DNA from: Microcystis aeruginosa NIES-843 | GTDB taxonomy: Bacteria; Cyanobacteriota; Cyanobacteriia; Cyanobacteriales; Microcystaceae | DNA: 32,000 nt | Assembly: GCF_000010625.1 (NCBI RefSeq) | Contig: NC_010296.1 | Span: forward strand, 4,860,001 to 4,892,000 | Direction: 5' to 3' | Shown: in pieces, positions 25,361-32,000 of the stretch | Position numbering within the stretch: position 1 is the stretch's first letter | Layout of the letters: each line of letters starts with the position of its first letter | Program-made: the position numbers and the translations under genes | The notes under the pieces: model-generated | What the model saw: only the letters and a program-made list of their open reading frames with translations | What the model was told of the DNA's origin: nothing | Databases searched by the model: none

Positions 25361-25606
25361 ATGGCCAGACAACTTCAGATAACTCTCCCTGAAGATACCA
25401 TGCAACTTCTCGATCGATGGTTGGCGAGTAGTGATTATCCTGAAAAAGAATATAATAATTTAATTCATGAAGCGATTAAATTATATATTATGGAACAACA
25501 GAGAAACTACCTCGATCAACAATTAAAAGAAGGAGCTATTGTTAGAGCAGAAAGAGATTTAAATTTAGCACAATATTGGTTTTCTCTAGAGGAAGAATTA
25601 TGGTAA
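25361..25606 (+). CDS. Ribbon-helix-helix (CopG/MazE-like) antitoxin-type protein, no cognate toxin adjacent
   Basis: 81 aa. The N-terminus, QITLPEDTMQLLDRW...LIHEAIKLYI, fits an RHH beta-strand plus two helices. The C-terminal tail, AERDLNLAQYWFSLEEELW, resembles the toxin-binding tails I recall from cyanobacterial RHH antitoxins paired with MazF/PemK. AGGAAAGAG lies upstream of the ATG. Confidence 0.65.
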   Translation: MARQLQITLPEDTMQLLDRWLASSDYPEKEYNNLIHEAIKLYIMEQQRNYLDQQLKEGAIVRAERDLNLAQYWFSLEEELW

Positions 25607-27735
25607 TAATGATTATTTTTAAAGTTAAAAAACTGCTCAAAAAATTTGTCTTTAGTCTCCAAGAGGAAGGATGGAAACCAGCACTCAAAAAGACGAAACG
25701 AAAAATTATTAAAATTCTCACAGGAAAGAGTTCCTCTGAATTTGAAGAACAGGTGATCGAAAGTGCTAAATTAGCTGAACCGCGGCCCCTAGAAATTGCC
25801 AGCAGTGACAATCCTTTAGTCTCGATTATTATTCCTATTTATAACCAATTTGCCTACACCTTTAACTGTCTCGAATCCTTGAGTGTTAACCTAAGTTCTG
25901 ATTTAGCTTATGAAATAATCATTGTTAATGATGCTTCCAGCGATGAAACCTTAGAACAATTAGCAACTTTAGTTAAAGGAATTAAAGTATTAACTAATAC
26001 AGAAAACTCTGGTTTTATTCGTTCCTGTAATTATGGGGCTAGTCAAGCAAAAGGTCAATACCTATATTTCCTCAATAACGACACTCGTATTCTAGAAAAT
26101 TGTCTAGAAAGTTTATTAAAATTAATTATCAATAATCCCCAAGTTGGTGCGGTGGGTTCCAAGTTAATTTATGCTAATGGTAAACAACAAGAAGCGGGGG
26201 GAATTATCTGGAATTCTGCCGATGGTTGGAATTATGGACGCTTAGATAGTCCCGAGGAACCAGAATATAATTATGTGCGTCCCGTGGACTATTGTTCGGG
26301 GGCCAGTTTATTAGTTCCTACGGAATTATTTAAGCAATTAGGTGGTTTTTCTCAAGACTTTATCCCCGCATATTACGAAGATACAGACTTATGTTTTGCC
26401 CTCCGAGAATTGGGTTATCAAGTCCTTTATCAACCCCAATCTAACGTCATTCACTACGAAGGAATCACCTCGGGAACAGACCTTTCCAGTGGGATCAAAC
26501 AATATCAAGTTATTAATCAAACTAAGTTTCGAGAAAAATGGTCAAAGGTATTAACTAAACACCTAGATAACGATGCTAATAATGTACCCAAAGCTGCCCG
26601 ACGTTTACAAGGAAAACCGACAATTTTAGTCATCGACTCCTACGTTCCACTATATGATCGAGAATCCGGCTGTGTGCGTTTATTAAATATTCTTAAGCTG
26701 CTGCTCAATTTAGGGTATTCAGTCATTTTCTTTCCCGATAATGGCTATCCTGAACAACCCTATACTTCTGTACTGCAACAGCTGGGAATTGAAGTTATTT
26801 ATGGCACACCACAAAGATATAATCTAGAAGAAAAATTAATCAAATATTTACCCCTGATAGATGGAGTTTGGTTGTGTCGGCCCGAATTGTGCGATAAGTA
26901 TATGGATTTAATTCGCTTAAAGACAAAAGCACCAATTATTTATGATACAATTGACCTGCATTTTCTACGTTTAAAACGACAAAAAGACTATCTTGATACC
27001 AGTTACCAAAATACTAGCTGGAGTTGGCAAACCTATCAGAAATTAGAGTTAAACTATGCTAATCAAGCGGAAGCAACCGTGGTAGTAACCGAAGACGAAA
27101 AGCAGGTATTATCCTCTTTAGGAGTGAAAAATGTTTGGGTAATCCCCAATATCCATGAAGAAATTTCCCTGTCAGAAAAAGTTGCCTTTGACCAGCGAGC
27201 CGGTTTAGTATTTATTGGTAGCTACAATCACCCTCCTAATATTGATGCCGTTAAGTGGTTATGTTTAGAAATTATGCCCTTAGTTTGGGCATCCCGTCCC
27301 GATATTACCGTTAATTTATTGGGAAGTAACCTCAAGGATGAAGTGAAAGAATTAGCCAATGATCAAGTAATTGTCACCGGTTATGTTCCCGAAGTAGAAC
27401 CCTATTTCCAAAAGAGTCGTGTTTTTGTCGCACCCCTGCGATTTGGTGCGGGAATGAAGGGTAAAATAGGTCAAAGTCTTTCCCTAGGATTACCGACTAT
27501 TACCACAAAAATTGGTGCCGAAGGTATGGGATTAATTGACCACCAAGATGTTTTAATTGCCGATACTGCCGAGGAATTTGCCCAAGCGGTAATCGAACTC
27601 TATGATAATATGGAATTGTGGCAAAAACTCGCTGATAATTCCCTAGAAACTATTAAGAGATACCAACCCGCTACCGTGCAAACTAACCTACAAGCTTTGT
27701 TATCAAATCTAGGAATTGTTGCCAAGGATAGTTAA
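25600..27735 (+). CDS. Bifunctional glycosyltransferase (N-terminal GT2 domain, C-terminal GT1/GT4-like domain)
   Basis: GT2 region: VSIIIPIYNQ, IIIVNDASSDET, FLNNDT, YYEDTDLCFALRELGY. GT1-like C-terminus: GYVPEVEPYFQKSRVFVAPLRFGAGMKGKIGQSLSLGLPTITT. ATG 25600 overlaps the last codons of the RHH gene (TTATGGTAA). The track start at 25576 is less likely. Confidence 0.8.
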   Translation: MVIMIIFKVKKLLKKFVFSLQEEGWKPALKKTKRKIIKILTGKSSSEFEEQVIESAKLAEPRPLEIASSDNPLVSIIIPIYNQFAYTFNCLESLSVNLSSDLAYEIIIVNDASSDETLEQLATLVKGIKVLTNTENSGFIRSCNYGASQAKGQYLYFLNNDTRILENCLESLLKLIINNPQVGAVGSKLIYANGKQQEAGGIIWNSADGWNYGRLDSPEEPEYNYVRPVDYCSGASLLVPTELFKQLGGFSQDFIPAYYEDTDLCFALRELGYQVLYQPQSNVIHYEGITSGTDLSSGIKQYQVINQTKFREKWSKVLTKHLDNDANNVPKAARRLQGKPTILVIDSYVPLYDRESGCVRLLNILKLLLNLGYSVIFFPDNGYPEQPYTSVLQQLGIEVIYGTPQRYNLEEKLIKYLPLIDGVWLCRPELCDKYMDLIRLKTKAPIIYDTIDLHFLRLKRQKDYLDTSYQNTSWSWQTYQKLELNYANQAEATVVVTEDEKQVLSSLGVKNVWVIPNIHEEISLSEKVAFDQRAGLVFIGSYNHPPNIDAVKWLCLEIMPLVWASRPDITVNLLGSNLKDEVKELANDQVIVTGYVPEVEPYFQKSRVFVAPLRFGAGMKGKIGQSLSLGLPTITTKIGAEGMGLIDHQDVLIADTAEEFAQAVIELYDNMELWQKLADNSLETIKRYQPATVQTNLQALLSNLGIVAKDS

Positions 27736-28006
27736 CAAGAAAAAAGCTCATTTCTCCCACAGGTCTATTCTATGTCACCAAATAAACTCTAGAATCCGCA
27801 ATTTTGCAGACTTAAAAACCTATTGAGAGACATTACTGATTTGATAAACGCCAACTGTTTCTAGAAGTAATTCCTGACTATAATGCCATAAGTTGCCTCG
27901 AAAAAGTTGACAGGACAATCTTAAAAACTTGGCAATTAATGCCCGTTTATTTCTGACTAACGACTGAATTATCATTTTTCCCTTTCCCCTTTTTCCTTGA
28001 AAAAAT

Positions 28007-28972
28007 ATGCCAACTTATCCTGATATCTCCAGTCAAGCTTTTAAACATCCCCTAGATCAGCAAGCTGAACAGGCCTTAAGATCAGTTCCGGGGTTTGACT
28101 TATTAGCGAAAAGTTTTTCCGAATATCTCTATGAACGTCCCCAGCAAATTTTATTAATGGGCAATGATCTAAAAGTCAGCCCGCGTCAATACGCCACTTT
28201 ATACGGCATCTATCGCCAATGTCTGCGGGATTTAGATATGTCCCCAGAACCGAATCTTTATGTCAGTCAAAACCCTTCAGCGAATGCCTATTCTTTAGGT
28301 TCGGAACATCCCTACATTGTCCTTAATACTGCCCTTTTAGACCTCTTAGATGAAGAAGAAATTAGGGTAATTCTTGCCCACGAATTAGGTCATTTAAAAT
28401 GCGATCATAGTATTTTAATTCAAATGTCTTTTTGGGTGATGGGGGCGGCTAATTTTCTTGGGGGCATCACCTTAGGACTAGGAAAAGCCATTACTACCGG
28501 TCTAGTTTATGCCTTTTATGAATGGCGCAGAAAAGCCGAATTATCAGCAGACCGAGCCGCTTTATTAGTTAGCGATGATTTAAATTTAGTCCTGAGAACT
28601 TTAATGAAATGTGCAGGAGGAAGTCAAAAATACCTGCATGAATGCAACTTAGAAGAATTTATTCGCCAAGGGGAAGCCTACCGACAATTAGACCAAGATA
28701 ACCTAAACCAGATTTATAAATTTCTCATTTATAATGGCGGTAATGGTTCCTTTTTAACCCATCCTTTTTCCGTGGAAAGAGTGCATTATCTACAGGAATG
28801 GTTTAACTCGGAATCCTATCGTCAAATTCGCCGGGGAAACTATGCCAAAACAGGGGTTAAAAGCTCAATTAATGTTGATGCTAATGATAGCGAAAGCGAA
28901 AGATTGAGGCGACAAATAGCAGAACTACAAGCGGAAATTGAACGGGCAAAAAGACAAAGAAACCATGAATAA
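28007..28972 (+). CDS. M48 family zinc metallopeptidase
   Basis: HELGH (ILAHELGHLKCDH), followed by TM segments and a downstream E...ADRAA motif. The C-terminal tail looks like a coiled coil. Confidence 0.85.
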   Translation: MPTYPDISSQAFKHPLDQQAEQALRSVPGFDLLAKSFSEYLYERPQQILLMGNDLKVSPRQYATLYGIYRQCLRDLDMSPEPNLYVSQNPSANAYSLGSEHPYIVLNTALLDLLDEEEIRVILAHELGHLKCDHSILIQMSFWVMGAANFLGGITLGLGKAITTGLVYAFYEWRRKAELSADRAALLVSDDLNLVLRTLMKCAGGSQKYLHECNLEEFIRQGEAYRQLDQDNLNQIYKFLIYNGGNGSFLTHPFSVERVHYLQEWFNSESYRQIRRGNYAKTGVKSSINVDANDSESERLRRQIAELQAEIERAKRQRNHE

Positions 28973-28981
28973 TCTATACGA

Positions 28982-29030
28982 AGGCAGGAGGCAGGAGGCA
29001 GAGGGCAGGAGGCAAAAGGCAAAAGGCAGC
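28982..29030. repeat. Heptamer array, 7 units (AGGCAGG/AGGCAGA/GGGCAGG/AGGCAAA)
   Basis: Read directly from the sequence. It begins 10 nt after the M48 stop codon. Confidence 0.95.
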
Positions 29031-29038
29031 TTTGTTCT

Positions 29039-29076
29039 CCCCACACCCCACACCCCACACCCCACACCCCACACCC
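29039..29076. repeat. Heptamer array CCCCACA x5 plus CCC (complement of the GGGGTGT family)
   Basis: Read directly from the sequence. It is followed by TTTACTGATCACTGAAAA, the reverse complement of the TTTTCAGTGATCAGTAAA module at 17436-17453. Confidence 0.95.
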
Positions 29077-29219
29077 TTTACTGATCACTGAAAATACCCT
29101 CGTCTGTGTTTTGCCAATTTGGTGAGTACAATAGAGGTATCGGAGACCGAGAATAGCAATTCTCCCTACGATGATCCATAAACACTTACCCCCACTCTCT
29201 TTTTTTTGTTCTACTGCCC

Positions 29220-29486
29220 ATGCTCCAAGATACCCAATCCATTCGTTACTATCAAAGACTCACCGATGACATGGTGGATCTTTGGCACCGTGGCTCGCGT
29301 TTTGATGAGATCCGGCTATATGTAGAAGGCTATTTAGCCTGTTTACGCCATTCTAGTTCCATAGAACCCTATCTAATTCATCGTCTCGAAGAAGAAATAT
29401 TTCGTTTTCTGCGAGATCCCTCTAATTTTGAATATCTCTCCCCCCAAACCCAAACCCAAACCGAAGCAGATTATGGCTATTATTAA
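29220..29486 (+). CDS. Small conserved hypothetical protein
   Basis: 88-aa ORF with an ATG start and sensible helical composition. The C-terminal QTQTQT tail comes from a CCCAAA x3 repeat. No function is recognised. Confidence 0.5.
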   Translation: MLQDTQSIRYYQRLTDDMVDLWHRGSRFDEIRLYVEGYLACLRHSSSIEPYLIHRLEEEIFRFLRDPSNFEYLSPQTQTQTEADYGYY

Positions 29487-29631
29487 CCCCATCTCGGGTT
29501 AAGGGAATTTGGCCATCATTCCGCCCAAAAAATCGGATTGACTCGCGAGAATCGCCCCGGGATTAGACCTCTTGCATCGGGCAGAATTGAGGAGTTAGGA
29601 GTCGGGAGACAGGGCGATTTTTACCAGCGCT

Positions 29632-30519
29632 CTACCGAGCTTGACAGGAACGAGATTCGGTCATCTGTAGAACAATAGTATCGATCGCTTTCACCAGAGC
29701 CTGTCCGGAAACCCGTTGATTATTAACGATAATGCTAAATAACATCGGTTCTTGGTTGGGGTTTTCTAGATAACCCGATAGGGCCCGCACACCGGTAAGA
29801 GTGCCAGTTTTAGCGTAAACTGTGCCAGTAGCGGCCGTCTGACGCATTCGGTTTCTCAGGGTGCCACTAATTCCCGCTACCGGTAAGGAAGCATAGAAAG
29901 TGTCGCGATTAGGAGAATAATACATCACCCGCAAAATTTCCACGATCGAGCGGGGAGTAGCGGTATTATGGCGGGATAATCCTGAACCATCGGCTAAACG
30001 AAAACCACTGGGATTGATGCCCAATTGTGCCAAGATGGCAGTAACATTTTTAGAACCGCCGATAAAGCGAAAAAGAGTGTCAGCGTAGAAATTATTACTT
30101 CTCTGATTAGTGATATTAACCCAATCGCGCAGGGATTTTTTTTGAATTGTCGTCTCTGGGTTCATCACTTGTAAAGCGGCAGCCGTGGTAAATAACTTTG
30201 TATTAGAAGCAGGGATAAAATAGCGATCAGCGTTATGACTATAAATAACTGTTTGGCGATCGATAGATTCGATTAATATACCCCACTGATTGGGAGCTTG
30301 ACCGATAATTTTATCGATATTTGCCCCGATCGATTGAGTACAGGTATTATTGGTGTTATTGTTTTCTGGCGGGGGAACGTATAATTCTATGGATTCGTTC
30401 GACGAGGAAGGAGCGGGATAAACAGACAGATTAACTTGAGCGATGCTAGGATAGGCCAAGGCGATAGTGGCTACACTGGCCACTGTCAACGAATTGAGGC
30501 AATTGAGGAGTTGTTTCAT
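29632..30519 (-). CDS. PBP4-type (peptidase S13) D-alanyl-D-alanine carboxypeptidase/endopeptidase, short form lacking the inserted domains
   Basis: Has a signal peptide (ALAYPSIAQ). Catalytic motifs: SNTK at residue 105, S-N-N at 141 (RSNNFYADTLFRFIG, compare E. coli DacB KSDNMIADTVFRMIG), DGSGLSRHN, and KTGT at 237. It is only 295 aa. Confidence 0.75.
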   Translation of the reverse strand: MKQLLNCLNSLTVASVATIALAYPSIAQVNLSVYPAPSSSNESIELYVPPPENNNTNNTCTQSIGANIDKIIGQAPNQWGILIESIDRQTVIYSHNADRYFIPASNTKLFTTAAALQVMNPETTIQKKSLRDWVNITNQRSNNFYADTLFRFIGGSKNVTAILAQLGINPSGFRLADGSGLSRHNTATPRSIVEILRVMYYSPNRDTFYASLPVAGISGTLRNRMRQTAATGTVYAKTGTLTGVRALSGYLENPNQEPMLFSIIVNNQRVSGQALVKAIDTIVLQMTESRSCQAR

Positions 30520-30799
30520 GCTGTGTTTGTGTAAGAGTCTGGTTTCCGTAAGCGTTCGCCCTATTGTACCAGTTGCTGCTCAAGTGTCAAAGTTACCTTT
30601 CTAACAGATTTTAGCGGCTAATGCACACCAATGCCAGAGAAGAAAGCTGGCAATAGCCCGGAACTGCACTGATACCCCTTCTCAAGACCAGTTGGAATTT
30701 TTCTGGGTTCCAAAATCGTGCTATTTTGATACCGTTGACATTGCTGGTGACAATTTGGGGATAATAAAAGCAAAGTGTAGGAAGAGGGATATCCGACCC

Positions 30800-31780
30800 A
30801 TGTATTCTGTCTCAGATGATTCCAAAACAATGACGAATACCAGCCGTCAAACTGTGCTAGAGACGTTAAACTTACAAAAAACTTATCGGACGGGATTCTG
30901 GTTAGATAAAAAAATCGAATCCTTGAAAAACTGTACTTTAATTGTCCATGAGGGCGAAACCTTTGGATTATTAGGCCCGAACGGGGCCGGCAAAACCACG
31001 CTCTTAAAAACCCTTTTGGGGATTGTCCGACCCACTTCCGGACGGGCCTTGATTCTCGGTCAGCCAATTGGCGATCGCTCGGTCAGGCAACGCATCGGCT
31101 ATCTTCCCGAAAATGCCTACTACTACGACTATCTCACCGGCTGGGAATTCCTGCAATTAATCGCCAGCATTTTTCAAATTCCCTCTTCTGTGCAGAAAAA
31201 ACGCATTCCTGAATTATTGGATTTAGTGGGATTAGACCGCAAAACTGCCCAGAAAAAACAATTGCGTCAATATTCTAAGGGAATGATGCAACGGATCGGT
31301 ATAGCCCAAGCATTAATCAATGATCCTGAATTAGTCTTTTTCGATGAACCGATGTCGGGACTAGACCCTATCGGTCGCTATCAGGTGCGGGAAATTATTC
31401 AATCCCTCAAACAACGGGGGAAAACCATCTTTTTTAACTCTCATATTCTCTCCGATGTGGAACAAATTTGCGATCGCATTGCCCTGTTGGCCCGGGGAGA
31501 ATTACTCTGTGTTGGTTCCCTCGAGCAAATTCTCGGTCGTGCTGATGTCTATCAGGTGATTGTTCAAGGTGGTAGGGAGGATCAACTACAGCAATGGATA
31601 CTCGGTTTGCATTGGCGCGATAATTGTTGGCAGGGACAATTACAGGGAGAACCCGCTGCTTTTCTGGCTGCCCTGCCTAGTATCGATGCTCGCTTGATTA
31701 GTCTGAATTTAGCTCGTGCTTCCCTAGAAGAATTTTTTATCGACCAATTACGTCAGCGCGGTATTACCTCTAGTCAATAA
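30800..31780 (+). CDS. ABC transporter ATP-binding protein (ABC-2/DrrA-like subfamily)
   Basis: Walker A GPNGAGKTT, signature YSKGMMQR, Walker B LVFFDEPMSGLD. ATG 30800 (or 30830) is preferred over the track's TTG at 30692. Confidence 0.88.
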   Translation: MYSVSDDSKTMTNTSRQTVLETLNLQKTYRTGFWLDKKIESLKNCTLIVHEGETFGLLGPNGAGKTTLLKTLLGIVRPTSGRALILGQPIGDRSVRQRIGYLPENAYYYDYLTGWEFLQLIASIFQIPSSVQKKRIPELLDLVGLDRKTAQKKQLRQYSKGMMQRIGIAQALINDPELVFFDEPMSGLDPIGRYQVREIIQSLKQRGKTIFFNSHILSDVEQICDRIALLARGELLCVGSLEQILGRADVYQVIVQGGREDQLQQWILGLHWRDNCWQGQLQGEPAAFLAALPSIDARLISLNLARASLEEFFIDQLRQRGITSSQ

Positions 31781-32000
31781 GCACTCTCAGAGCAAATCCG
31801 TTTTTAGTAATATGATTAACTTCCAATCCCACTGTAAAAACCAGGTTATGGATTGTTTCTCGCCGCTCCGGCCCTCCGCTCCTCCCCTATACCTTTTAAA
31901 CAGGATTTAGTATCAGAGGGGGGTAAGGATTGATGATATTCAATCCCCCCGGCTACGATTGAATCATCTTAATCTACAAGGGAAGTTGCCAAAAAGGAGA

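Noticed and set aside
28840-29088. 82-aa minus-strand ORF overlapping the end of the M48 gene
   Set aside because: It runs through the CCCCACA and AGGCAGG arrays (giving GVWGVGCGVWG-type sequence) and is antisense to a well-supported CDS.
29443-29462. CCCAAA x3 hexamer repeat inside the 88-aa ORF (QTQTQT)
   Set aside because: It is a short in-frame low-complexity tail. It is probably a trivial microsatellite and unrelated to the 7-nt arrays.
30618-31067. 149-aa minus-strand ORF
   Set aside because: It is antisense to the 5' part of the ABC ATPase gene and its upstream region. Its Arg/Ser/Trp-rich composition is typical of antisense frames.

Overview
This 32-kb window looks like ordinary chromosomal DNA of a unicellular cyanobacterium. 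My best guess is Microcystis or a close relative. That is an inference from three things: the ado/aar alkane pair, at least ten HIP1 octamers (GCGATCGC) seen by eye, and abundant heptanucleotide tandem arrays.

Most of the window is housekeeping genes on both strands:
- a 5'-truncated AI-2E permease and an RNase HI fused to an ACT-like domain
- a thioredoxin-like 2Fe-2S protein and purU
- an MFS transporter and a DUF58 protein
- aar and ado (alkane biosynthesis) and zeta-carotene desaturase
- a GT39/ArnT-like membrane glycosyltransferase with TPRs
- leuC, an MraY/WecA-type transferase and a RelA/SpoT homolog
- two ABC ATPases, a GT2+GT1 fusion glycosyltransferase, an M48 peptidase and a short PBP4-like peptidase

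Features the ORF track cannot show:
- An SRP (4.5S/ffs) RNA gene lies on the minus strand at 6896-6989. It also forces a shorter start for the adjacent MFS gene.
- A 1255-bp IS5-type insertion sequence has 21-bp terminal inverted repeats. It sits inside a pair of about 300-bp direct repeats, each carrying a canonical TTGACT-N17-TATGAT promoter.
- A dozen 7-nt-period tandem arrays lie mostly at gene 3' ends, with shared 24-nt anchor motifs. Some have strong G-quadruplex potential.

I do not see a clear multi-gene novel system such as a defence island, CRISPR array or biosynthetic cluster. The best candidates for something under-described are:
- a tandemly duplicated pair of small coiled-coil plus PD-(D/E)xK nuclease-like genes (4182-5575) that differ by exactly one heptad
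- the RNase HI-ACT fusion
- an orphan RHH antitoxin-like gene whose stop overlaps the start of the glycosyltransferase fusion
- the roughly 1-kb repeat-laden convergent intergenic region at 16616-17601

All functional calls come from my own recognition of motifs in the translations. No database search was run.
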